A DNA stretch of 64,000 nt from Fidelibacterota bacterium (GTDB taxonomy: Bacteria; Fidelibacterota; Marinisomatia; SCGC-AAA003-L08; D37C17), in assembly GCA_002717625.1 (NCBI GenBank), contig PBEF01000023.1, positions 42,103 to 106,102 of the forward strand, given 5' to 3'. Within the stretch, counting starts at the first letter, position 1. Each line of letters opens with the position of its first letter. A model generated the notes under the pieces. That model had not been told where the DNA came from. It searched no databases and saw only the letters and a list, made by a program, of their open reading frames with translations. The translations under genes were made by a program, and so were the position numbers. Shown piece after piece: positions 49,829 through 58,774 of this stretch.

Positions 49829-50637
49829 TTAGTAAAATATATTTTATATCTATCTCGAGTTAGAATCTTTACTATTTGATTATGTATTAGTCCGTTAGTA
49901 GCCAGAATTCTTGATCCATCATTGGGAAGCTTGGAATTATCCCAATCTGTTACTTTGGCTCCAGCTTCTTCTGCGATTAAAGAGCCGGCACAAATATCCC
50001 AAGCTTTAAGGCTGTATTCATAATACCCATCAAAGCGTCCCATAGCTACAAAACATAAATCTAAAGATGCTGCTCCAAGCCTTCTAAGGCCTCTTGTTTT
50101 ATCATAAAATTCTTTAAATATTTCAAATGAAAGGTCATATTTTAAATCATGTAAGTATGGAAAACCAGTAACTAAAAGAGAATTACTTAAAGTATCACTT
50201 GAAGTACATTGAATTTTTTTTCCATCTAAATATGCGCCTTTGTTTTTCTCAGCATAAAAGCATTTACCAACAGCGGGATTGTACACCACACCACAAACCG
50301 TTCCTGTATTTTTTTTTATAAGTCCAATAGATACTGCAAAGATAGGAAGGTTATGTGTGAAATTAGTTGTTCCATCAAGAGGGTCTATAACCCATAGGTA
50401 GTCACTATCTGCAATCAGTTCTCCTTTTTCTTCAGAGAGAATAGAATGATCAGGAAAAGATTCTTTTATTCTTTTGATGATAAGCTCTTCAGATTCTATA
50501 TCAGCATTTGTAACTAAATCTATATTTGTTGATTTTTTATCCAAGGAAGATATTTTTCCAAAATAGGACATTTGGATATCTCCAGCTTCTTTTGCTATTT
50601 TAATTGCAAATTCTAAAAACTTAGAAGGATTTTCCAA
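49825..50637 (-). CDS. suhB: inositol monophosphatase family protein
   Basis: IMPase motifs are present (ILSEE, WVIDPLDGTTNF, WDICAG). Confidence 0.88.
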   Translation of the reverse strand: MENPSKFLEFAIKIAKEAGDIQMSYFGKISSLDKKSTNIDLVTNADIESEELIIKRIKESFPDHSILSEEKGELIADSDYLWVIDPLDGTTNFTHNLPIFAVSIGLIKKNTGTVCGVVYNPAVGKCFYAEKNKGAYLDGKKIQCTSSDTLSNSLLVTGFPYLHDLKYDLSFEIFKEFYDKTRGLRRLGAASLDLCFVAMGRFDGYYEYSLKAWDICAGSLIAEEAGAKVTDWDNSKLPNDGSRILATNGLIHNQIVKILTRDRYKIYFTN

Positions 50638-52050
50638 TTATTTATATGTTTTAAATTCACCAGCCTGATATCTACTCCAATATTCATCAAGCTTTGTTTT
50701 AAGTACAGGTAAAAGAAATAAACATCCAATAATATTAGGGAAACCACAAGACAGAATCATCATATCAGAGAAATCGATTACATTTCCTAAAGAAGCTACA
50801 GCTCCAAGTACAATACATCCCAGATACATAGCTTGATAAGCTTTAATTGATGATTCTCCAAATAAATATTTCCATCCTTTATCTCCATAATAATACCATG
50901 ATATCATTGTACTAAATGAAAATAGAAATACAACAATAGATAAAATATATGGAAACCATGAGATAGCACTTCCAAATGCTGCAGATGTTAGTTCAGCTCC
51001 ATTAATGCCACCTCCAACTTGATATAAAGGGTTAGCGTCTTTTGTAATAAGTATTACAGATGCAGTCATAAAGCAAACAACAATTGTATCAATAAAAGGC
51101 CCAATCATAGCAACAATACCCTCACGTACAGGCTCATCTGTTTTTGCAGCAGAATGAGCAATAGAAGCTGATCCTACACCGCCTTCATTGCTGAATACAG
51201 CTCTTTTAACTCCCGTTACAAGCGCTCCAATAAAGCCTCCATATGCAGCATCAGGTGAAAAGGCTTGAGATATCATCGCGCTTAATACTCCTGGCAATTG
51301 CCCTAAATTAGTAAGTATAATAAAAAGAGAGGCTCCCACATATAAAACAACCATAAAAGGGACTATTTTTTCAGTTGTTTCTCCTATTCTTTTAATTCCA
51401 CCAACAATCACAAAACCAACAAGTACAGCAAGTATAATTCCGTATAAATAATTTGGAAGACCTATTAGTTTTCCAAATAATTCATAAGATTGATTAGCTT
51501 GAAACATATTGCCTCCACCAAAAGCTCCGCCTATGATAAAAACAGCATACATTCCACCTAATATTTTACCTAAAGTTCCAAAACCCCTTTCTTTAAGTCC
51601 ATAGTTGAGATAATACATAGGACCACCGCTAACAGAACCATCATCATTGATTTTTCTATAAAGTTGACCGAGTGTGCATGAAACAAATTTTGCAGACATG
51701 CTGAAAAATGCAATTAAAACCATCCAAAAAACAGCTCCAGGTCCACCTAAAGATACAGCAACAGCAACACCTGCAATATTACCAAGCCCTATTGTTGCTG
51801 ATAGTGCTGATGTTAAAGCTTGAAAATGGCTAATTTGACCTATATCATTAGGATTATCATATTTGCCCTTTATAATATCAATAGAATGCTTAAAGCCTCT
51901 AATATTGATAAATTTAAAATATAGAGTAAAAATTAATGCTCCAGATAAAAGTACTAAAACAATTAATGGAAATCCATTTATTTGCATAAATAGTATAGGT
52001 GCTAGATATCCAACAAAAATGCCAAAAAATTCGTTTATTTGTTCTAACAT
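50638..52050 (-). CDS. alanine/glycine:cation symporter (AGCS family)
   Basis: The signature ISHFQALTSALSATIGLGNIAGVAVAVSLGGPGAVFWM is present. It has about 11 TM segments. Confidence 0.9.
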   Translation of the reverse strand: MLEQINEFFGIFVGYLAPILFMQINGFPLIVLVLLSGALIFTLYFKFINIRGFKHSIDIIKGKYDNPNDIGQISHFQALTSALSATIGLGNIAGVAVAVSLGGPGAVFWMVLIAFFSMSAKFVSCTLGQLYRKINDDGSVSGGPMYYLNYGLKERGFGTLGKILGGMYAVFIIGGAFGGGNMFQANQSYELFGKLIGLPNYLYGIILAVLVGFVIVGGIKRIGETTEKIVPFMVVLYVGASLFIILTNLGQLPGVLSAMISQAFSPDAAYGGFIGALVTGVKRAVFSNEGGVGSASIAHSAAKTDEPVREGIVAMIGPFIDTIVVCFMTASVILITKDANPLYQVGGGINGAELTSAAFGSAISWFPYILSIVVFLFSFSTMISWYYYGDKGWKYLFGESSIKAYQAMYLGCIVLGAVASLGNVIDFSDMMILSCGFPNIIGCLFLLPVLKTKLDEYWSRYQAGEFKTYK

Positions 52051-52060
52051 TTATTCTCCT

Positions 52061-52996
52061 TTATAATCCTGTTTCTAAAACTGTTTTTTTAACAGCTTCC
52101 AATGTATTATTCAATTCTGCTTGTTCACTTTCTTGTAATTTGAAATCTAATATTTTTTCTATTCCATTTGATCCAATTACAGTTGGGACCCCAATAAAGT
52201 ATCCATTAATACCAAATTCTCCTTCACAAAGGGCTGCACATGGTAAAACTCGTTTTTTATCTCTAAGGTATGACTCTGCCATTTCTATAGCTGAAGCTGC
52301 AGGAGCATAGTACGCAGAACCATTACCAAATAATTTTACAAGTTCTCCACCTCCAAAACGTGTTCTCTCTACAATTGCATCAAGACGTTCTTTTGGTATT
52401 AGTTCTTCTGCTGGTATTCCTCCAATTGTTGCAAGTCTTGTAATGGGTACCATGGTATCTCCATGCCCTCCTAAAACCATGCAATTAACATCTTGTACTG
52501 AATAACCTGTTTCCATAGCTAAAAATGTTTTGAAACGCGTACTATCAAGAACACCTGCCATTCCAATAACTTTATTCTTATTAAAACCAGAAACTTTATA
52601 AAATGAATAAACAATTGCATCTAAAGGGTTAGATAATACGATAACAAAAGCATCTGGTGCATATTTTTTAACATTATTTGCTACATCTGTAATAATTTTA
52701 ATATTAATATCTAGAAGATCTTCTCTGTTCATACCAGGTTTTCTAGGAACACCTGCTGTTATAATGACAACGTCTGAATCCTTTAAATCTTCAGGGTTAG
52801 AAGAACCTTTGATATTTGTATCATACCCATCAAGCGGAGTTAATTGTGAAATATCAAGAGCTTTTCCTTTAATCATTCCCTCTGCATTTGGAATATCATA
52901 AATAACAATGTCTCCAAGCTCTTTTTGTGAAGCAAGTAGAGCTAAATTACCACCTATTTGACCACCTCCAATTAAACTGATTTTATTCCTTTTCAT
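52061..52996 (-). CDS. mdh: malate dehydrogenase (LDH-like type)
   Basis: It has the Rossmann motif KISLIGGGQIGGNLA, plus AGVPRKPGMNREDL and GGHGDTMVP. Confidence 0.95.
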   Translation of the reverse strand: MKRNKISLIGGGQIGGNLALLASQKELGDIVIYDIPNAEGMIKGKALDISQLTPLDGYDTNIKGSSNPEDLKDSDVVIITAGVPRKPGMNREDLLDINIKIITDVANNVKKYAPDAFVIVLSNPLDAIVYSFYKVSGFNKNKVIGMAGVLDSTRFKTFLAMETGYSVQDVNCMVLGGHGDTMVPITRLATIGGIPAEELIPKERLDAIVERTRFGGGELVKLFGNGSAYYAPAASAIEMAESYLRDKKRVLPCAALCEGEFGINGYFIGVPTVIGSNGIEKILDFKLQESEQAELNNTLEAVKKTVLETGL

Positions 52997-53084
52997 AAAA
53001 ATTCCTTATAAATGTTAAAAAATAATTTAAATTTATAGTCGATAATCGTTATTATTTAAACATGAAATCGACTGATTATAGCTT

Positions 53085-55154
53085 ATGTTAATACAAAAAA
53101 ATAAAAATATATTTTCTAAAATCTTAATACTTTTAATGTTTTTTGGTAACATCTTTGCAGACCCTCCTCTATGGAATGAGGATGATTCTGATGGAGAATG
53201 TGTATTAGATAATTATCCTGATTATGAAAACAATGGTTCTATAACATCAAAAATATATCTTAATGGTATTGAAGGAGGACAGCTGGGTGACATGGTTGCT
53301 GCATTTGTAGGAACAGAGCAACGTGGAGTTGGATGTGCTAATGAAATTCCTCCTTTTTTAGGAGGAGGTTTTGCTTTTTTGATGATGGTTTATAGTAATC
53401 AAACAAATGGAGAAATATTGACCTTTCAGTATTACTCATCTAATGAAGATGTTGTTTACGACTGCAATGAAACATTAGAGTTTATTTCTAACATGACAGA
53501 AGGAAATGTCGAAGATCCTTTTCAGCTAACACTTAATTATTCAAATTTATGTGAAGACGAATTAGCTTGCAACTTTAATCAAGAAGGTTCTTGTCTATAT
53601 GCAGAGCAGAATCAAGATTGCAATGGAAATTGTTTAGTGGAGATTGATTGTTTAGGAGAATGTGGTGGTGATGCAATTGAAGATTGCTTAGGTGATTGTA
53701 ATGGGATAGCCTTTTTTGATGAATGTGGTAACTGTATAATAGATCCTTCTGATGCATGTATACAAGATTGTAATGGTGTTTGGGGAGGAGCTGCTACTCT
53801 TGATGATTGCGGTGTCTGTAATGGAAATAATTTAGACCAGGATTGCGCAGGTGTATGTTTTGGTGAGTTTTGGGATAGTGATTGCGGATGTGTTCCTCCT
53901 TATAATACTGGTGATGAGTGTGATGATTGTGAAGGAGTTCCAAATGGAACAGCTTTTTTGGATAATTGCAATAATTGTGTAGGAGGTAATACTGGACTAG
54001 AAGAATGTCCAGGGTATGACTATACGTTAGAATTATCTACTGGAGCTAATTTGATTAGCTTTTATGCTCTTCCAGAAGATACAAGTCTAGATTATATGTT
54101 GTTATCTAATAATAATGATTATATTTATGCTGTTTTAGGGTTGCTGAATTCATCTATTAATATCGGAGATAATGTCTGGGCAGGCAGCTTATCTAATATT
54201 AATCAAAATTCAGGCTATTGGTTTAAATCGTTAAACGTAACAGATCTTATAATAGAGAATGCTTGGAATATTAATCAGAATATTTCTTATAATTTAACTC
54301 AAGGAGCTAATTTAGTTTCTTTTCCATCAGAATCTGATTATGATATAGAAGACCTTATTAGTATTTATAATGAAAACAACTTTGATTGGATTATCGGTCA
54401 GAGTGTCATTGCATTTAGGTTAGATGGGGAATGGCAAGGGTCTTTAAATCAACTATCTTCAGGAAAAGGTTATTATTTTGTTTTAAATTCACCTATCGAA
54501 GACTTCATGTATACTTTTCCTGATGCTATATCTAAAAATAGTAAAAATGAAGTTAGCCAAATTCTACATAATCAGTCATCATTACAATCTTTTTATATTT
54601 TAGAAACATCAAATTTAGATGAACTTGAAACCGGTGATTGGATTGTTGCATATAAAGATAATGTTATCGTTGGTTCTAGAAAATATAATTTAGAAACTTA
54701 TTTGGATATTCCTGTTATGGGTGATGATGGAAGTAGTTATACTCAAGGGTATTGTGTTAGCGGGGATACCCCTTATTTTAAAGTATTGAAAAATACCGGA
54801 GAATATATTGATTTATTATCAAATACTCCTAAATGGAATAATTTATCGGTTAATATGATTGATTTGGAATTACTTTATGAGGTTTCTCCTTTGAACTTAA
54901 GCATTGAAAATCTTTACCCAAATCCTTTTAATCCTTCTATTAATTTTGATTTTGAAATAGGATTAGATGCTTATGTTGACATTTCTATTTTAGATATTAA
55001 TGGACGTTTAGTTGATAATATATACAATGGATATATTCAAAAAGGTATACATTCATATCAATGGAATGCTAGTGAGTTTACATCCGGTATATATTTTTTT
55101 AAAATATTAACCCCTAATAGTGTTTTAAATGAAAAAATTACGTTAATAAAATAA
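53085..55154 (+). CDS. secreted multidomain protein with Cys-rich repeats and T9SS-type CTD
   Basis: It has a signal-like N-terminus and a Cys-rich CG.C.G repeat block. A duplicated module of the type GANLISF...W.GSL...GYWF follows. The C-terminus reads LYPNPFNPSINFDFEI...GIYFFKI...KITLIK. Confidence 0.65.
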   Translation: MLIQKNKNIFSKILILLMFFGNIFADPPLWNEDDSDGECVLDNYPDYENNGSITSKIYLNGIEGGQLGDMVAAFVGTEQRGVGCANEIPPFLGGGFAFLMMVYSNQTNGEILTFQYYSSNEDVVYDCNETLEFISNMTEGNVEDPFQLTLNYSNLCEDELACNFNQEGSCLYAEQNQDCNGNCLVEIDCLGECGGDAIEDCLGDCNGIAFFDECGNCIIDPSDACIQDCNGVWGGAATLDDCGVCNGNNLDQDCAGVCFGEFWDSDCGCVPPYNTGDECDDCEGVPNGTAFLDNCNNCVGGNTGLEECPGYDYTLELSTGANLISFYALPEDTSLDYMLLSNNNDYIYAVLGLLNSSINIGDNVWAGSLSNINQNSGYWFKSLNVTDLIIENAWNINQNISYNLTQGANLVSFPSESDYDIEDLISIYNENNFDWIIGQSVIAFRLDGEWQGSLNQLSSGKGYYFVLNSPIEDFMYTFPDAISKNSKNEVSQILHNQSSLQSFYILETSNLDELETGDWIVAYKDNVIVGSRKYNLETYLDIPVMGDDGSSYTQGYCVSGDTPYFKVLKNTGEYIDLLSNTPKWNNLSVNMIDLELLYEVSPLNLSIENLYPNPFNPSINFDFEIGLDAYVDISILDINGRLVDNIYNGYIQKGIHSYQWNASEFTSGIYFFKILTPNSVLNEKITLIK
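53550..54008 (+). repeat. protein-level Cys-rich repeat block (about six units of DC.G.C.G.a..D.CG.C.G type)
   Basis: The block reads CEDELACNFNQEGSC...DCNGNC...DCLGECGGDAIEDCLGDCNGIAFFDECGNC...DCNGVWGGAATLDDCGVCNG...DCAGVCFGEFWDSDCGC...CDDCEGVPNGTAFLDNCNNCVGG...EC. Confidence 0.7.
54912..55151 (+). other. T9SS-type C-terminal sorting domain
   Basis: These are the last 80 residues: LYPNPFNPSINFDFEIGLDAYVDISILDINGRLVDNIYNG...HSYQWNASEFTSGIYFFKILTPN...KITLIK. Confidence 0.7.
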
Positions 55155-55185
55155 ACCTCTGGGGAGTACAGAGGTTTATTTTTTT
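55153..55185 (+). terminator. intrinsic terminator after the 53085-55154 gene
   Basis: A perfect 9-bp stem AAACCTCTG / CAGAGGTTT encloses the loop GGGAGTA. The sequence ATTTTTTT follows. Confidence 0.75.
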
Positions 55186-55380
55186 GGCTCATCAAGGCCA
55201 ATTAAAGACTGATTTTAATATTAAAGCCTTTAACTAATTAATATTAGCACTGTATTTAATTTATTATTTTGATTTATATCACATTATTTACAGTTACAGT
55301 ATTTAACATGAAAAATATTTATAAATAAAATTAAATCAATTAATTTTAAACGGTTAAAACAATATAAAAGGAATTAACAT

Positions 55381-57510
55381 ATGTTTTTAGTTTTGTTCGT
55401 TGTATCACAACTGTCTTTTTTGTTATCAGATAGTTATAATATGCAGCTTTTATCTTATTTACCATTTGAGCAAGACTGCTCAGATATAACAGGTTTTTAT
55501 CAAGATGGAAGAGAATTCGCAGTGATAGGTTTGCAAAATGCAGCGTCTTTTGTTGATGTTACAGATCCAAATAATCCATTTGAAGTTGGGATAATATCAG
55601 GCTCAACAAGTATATGGAGAGATCTTAAATATTGGAATAGGCATGTTTATATTGGTACAGAAGCAGAAGATGGGATAAAAATAGTAAGTGTAGATAATTT
55701 AGATAATCCTACATTAGTTAACACTATTACAGATGTAGATAATTCTCATAACATACATATTGATGAAGATGGGTATTTGTATATTGTAGGTGCAGATGTT
55801 AATGATATATGGATTTATAATTTAGCGTATCCTGCTTATCCAGTTTTAGTTGGAACATGGAATTTGCAAAATAATGAAACTACTTCTCAAGGTTATTGCC
55901 ATGATATTGAAGTATATAATGATAAATTATATTGCGCTGCTATATATGTTGGATACTTCCATATTATAGATGTTTCGGATAAAACAAATCCAATAACACT
56001 TCAATCTCATTTTGCCGGAATAGATGGGATAAGCACACATGATGTTGCTATAACAGAAGATGAACAGTATTTGTTTACAGGAGATGAAAACTTATCAGGT
56101 CATATTAAAGTTTGGGATATATCTGATTATAATAATATTAATTTAGTAGAGGAATGGGTTACTCCTGAATATGAGACGCATAGCGCTCATAATTTGTATG
56201 TTAGACCTGGTCTTGATCAGCTTATTATATCCTATTATGCTGATGGTACAAGAATTTTAGATATATCTGATCCTACAAGTCTAGAGGAAATTGCGTATTA
56301 TGATATGTCAGATTTAGAAGGACTTTATGTTAGTAATTGGGGTACATATGCAGACCTTCCAAGTGGAAATATTATATCAAGTGATATAGAACAAGGATTA
56401 TTTGTGCTAGAACTTGGTGGCGTTAGTATTTTGCATGAAGAATTGCAAGATATGGATATTTCAGATAGTCCATATGTTTATTTTTCTGCAAATGTAGAAA
56501 GCTTTGATGGAGTAGTAGAAGATGTTACCTTGCATTATAGTTTAGATAATGATAATTGGAATGAAACTAATATGAATAATGGTTTAGGAGGTAGTGAGTA
56601 TAGTGCTGTGATGACATTTGATCAAGCCAATGTTATCGTATATTATTATATCACTGCATCTAATTCTATAGGTCAATCATCTCAATATCCTCAATTAGAA
56701 GATTATGTATCTTTTAATTACGGTGATTTGATTGATATTCTAGTTCAAGATTTTGAGACTGAGACTAATTGGTATGTTGAATCTGATGCTTCAGCAGGTC
56801 TTTGGGAATGGGGAATTCCTAATGGAACATCTGAATTTGGAGGTTTTGCAAATCTTGAATTTATTGTACAAACAAATGAAGATCATACTGAAGATGGTAA
56901 TAAGTGTTTTGTTACAGGTAATGAATTAGTTGATATTAATAGTCCAGGACAAGCTGATGTAGATGGAGGATCAACAATATTGTATTCAGATATTTACGAC
57001 TTATCTAATTATAATGATGTTCAGGTTAGCTATTGGAGATGGTATACTAATAATTTGGGTAACAATCCAGGTAATGATATATGGAATGTTCAGGTCTCAT
57101 CAAATTCAGGTTTAAATTGGGTAGATTTAGAAAGCACAACAACATCTTTAAATCAGTGGTTTGAACAAAGATTTGTATTATCTAATTATATTGAATTAAG
57201 CAATGAAGTTCAATTTAGATTTATAGCTTCAGATTTATTTAATGATGGTGATAATGGTTCAGGAGGTTCTTTAGTTGAAGCGGCATTAGATGATTTTAAG
57301 CTTGAAATTATAGGCTACAACTTTCTTCTTGGAGACTTGAATTTAGATAGTAATGTAGATATACTTGATGTTGTACTATTATTAAATCTTATTTTTGAGA
57401 GTGAAAATATTACTGAAAGTCAATTAGAACTTGCTGATATAAACGAAGATTCTGTTTTAGATGTTTTAGATATAGTTAATTTAGTCAATCTTATTCTTGA
57501 TTCTATTTGA
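55381..57510 (+). CDS. secreted LVIVD-repeat / choice-of-anchor-B-like beta-propeller protein with jelly-roll-like domain and C-terminal dockerin-type module
   Basis: It has a signal-like N-terminus and repeated LVIVD-type strands (FVDVTDPNNP, IKIVSVDNLDNP, FHIIDVSDKTNP, IKVWDISD, TRILDISDPTS). The tail is GDLNLDSNVDILDVV...ADINEDSVLDVLDIV. Confidence 0.6.
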   Translation: MFLVLFVVSQLSFLLSDSYNMQLLSYLPFEQDCSDITGFYQDGREFAVIGLQNAASFVDVTDPNNPFEVGIISGSTSIWRDLKYWNRHVYIGTEAEDGIKIVSVDNLDNPTLVNTITDVDNSHNIHIDEDGYLYIVGADVNDIWIYNLAYPAYPVLVGTWNLQNNETTSQGYCHDIEVYNDKLYCAAIYVGYFHIIDVSDKTNPITLQSHFAGIDGISTHDVAITEDEQYLFTGDENLSGHIKVWDISDYNNINLVEEWVTPEYETHSAHNLYVRPGLDQLIISYYADGTRILDISDPTSLEEIAYYDMSDLEGLYVSNWGTYADLPSGNIISSDIEQGLFVLELGGVSILHEELQDMDISDSPYVYFSANVESFDGVVEDVTLHYSLDNDNWNETNMNNGLGGSEYSAVMTFDQANVIVYYYITASNSIGQSSQYPQLEDYVSFNYGDLIDILVQDFETETNWYVESDASAGLWEWGIPNGTSEFGGFANLEFIVQTNEDHTEDGNKCFVTGNELVDINSPGQADVDGGSTILYSDIYDLSNYNDVQVSYWRWYTNNLGNNPGNDIWNVQVSSNSGLNWVDLESTTTSLNQWFEQRFVLSNYIELSNEVQFRFIASDLFNDGDNGSGGSLVEAALDDFKLEIIGYNFLLGDLNLDSNVDILDVVLLLNLIFESENITESQLELADINEDSVLDVLDIVNLVNLILDSI
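57331..57507 (+). other. dockerin-type module
   Basis: The repeats are GDLNLDSNVDILDVVLLLNLIF and ADINEDSVLDVLDIVNLVNLIL, separated by a 12-residue linker. They lie at the extreme C-terminus. Confidence 0.6.
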
Positions 57511-57797
57511 AGATAACATCTAAACAAAGACAGTATTTAAGAGGCCTTGCACATTCTTTAAACCCATATATAATCATAGGTAAAAACGGTTTAAATGAAT
57601 CCTCTATAAAATCAATTGATAAATCCTTGAAAAATCACGAACTTATTAAAGTTAAAGTTCAAATAGGAGATAAAAAACAATTAGCTCCATTAATTGAAAA
57701 AGAAACCAATTCATTTGTTGTAGGAATTATAGGTAAAATTATAATATTATATAGATTTTCACCTGATAAAGGAGATGATTCTATTAAAATACCATGA
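57507..57797 (+). CDS. yhbY: YhbY-family (CRM domain) RNA-binding protein
   Basis: It carries LTSKQRQYLRGLAHSLNPYIIIGKNGL. Its TTG start overlaps the upstream stop (TTGA). Confidence 0.85.
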   Translation: MKITSKQRQYLRGLAHSLNPYIIIGKNGLNESSIKSIDKSLKNHELIKVKVQIGDKKQLAPLIEKETNSFVVGIIGKIIILYRFSPDKGDDSIKIP

Positions 57798-58774
57798 ATC
57801 AAATGAGAAAAAATATTATTTCAGATAAAGATACATCTTTGGATTATTTGAAAAATAAAAAAATATCAATAATAGGATATGGTAATCAAGGTAGAGCTCA
57901 AGCTTTAAATTTAAAAGATTCAGGATTAAGTGTTTCTGTTGGATTAAGAAAAAATAGTAAGTCAATAAGTAGCGTTATTAAAGATGGAATTTCAGTCTTT
58001 GAAATTCCAGAAGCTGTAAGATGGGCTGATATAATTTGTTTGTTGATTCCTGATACAATAGCTCCTGATGTTTATAATTCACAAATCAAACCTTTCTTAG
58101 AGGATGGCAAAGCATTACTTTTTTCACATGGATACAACATCCACTATAAAAAAATTATTGTTGATAACAATATTGATGTAGTTATGGTTGCTCCAAGTGC
58201 TGGAGGAGCTATAGTAAGGAAAGAGTATAAAAAAGGATATGGTGTTCCAACTTTATTAGCTATTAAAAATGATTATTCAGGTAGTGCATTTGATATAATT
58301 AAATCTTATAGCAAAGCTATTGGAGGAACTAAGGTGTGTGCTTTTGTTTCAACATTTAAAGAAGAAACAGAAACAGATATTTTTGGAGAACAGGCTATAT
58401 TAACTGGAGGTTTACCATATTTAATTAATAGCTCTTATAATACCTTAATTGAAAATGGATATGATTCTACTGTTGCATGGTTTGTTTGTTATTATGAAAT
58501 AAAAACAATAGTTGATTTATTTCATAATAAAGGTTTTGATGAATTTTATAGTTTAATTAGTGATACTGCTAGATATGGCGGAATATCAAGAGGGAAAAAG
58601 TTAATTGATAAGAATTTTGATTTAAAGCTATCTTCAATACTAGAGGATATTAAATCAGGAAAATTTAATAAGGAACTTAGTAAAAATATTGATGAGAGGA
58701 GATCTCCTGAATCCTTTAAAAGTTTAGAAGATAAAACAAAAGAAATGCTTGAATTAATAAAGAATAAAATATGA
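57794..58774 (+). CDS. ilvC: ketol-acid reductoisomerase (class I)
   Basis: It has the NADP site GYGNQGRAQALNLKDSG and is 326 aa. ATGA overlaps join it to its neighbours at both ends. Confidence 0.93.
   Translation: MNQMRKNIISDKDTSLDYLKNKKISIIGYGNQGRAQALNLKDSGLSVSVGLRKNSKSISSVIKDGISVFEIPEAVRWADIICLLIPDTIAPDVYNSQIKPFLEDGKALLFSHGYNIHYKKIIVDNNIDVVMVAPSAGGAIVRKEYKKGYGVPTLLAIKNDYSGSAFDIIKSYSKAIGGTKVCAFVSTFKEETETDIFGEQAILTGGLPYLINSSYNTLIENGYDSTVAWFVCYYEIKTIVDLFHNKGFDEFYSLISDTARYGGISRGKKLIDKNFDLKLSSILEDIKSGKFNKELSKNIDERRSPESFKSLEDKTKEMLELIKNKI

Noticed and set aside
51863-52310. Plus-strand ORFs 51863-52066 and 51999-52310 overlap the AGCS and mdh genes.
   Set aside because: They are antisense to two confidently identified genes. 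Their composition mirrors the sense-strand codons.
53038-53074. An inverted repeat AGTCGAT ... ATCGACT (7 bp arms, 23-nt spacer) lies in the mdh / 53085-ORF divergent promoter region.
   Set aside because: The arms are short and cannot be extended. A 7-bp inverted repeat is not clearly beyond chance in a roughly 90-nt spacer. It may be an operator or leader hairpin, but the sequence alone does not support that.
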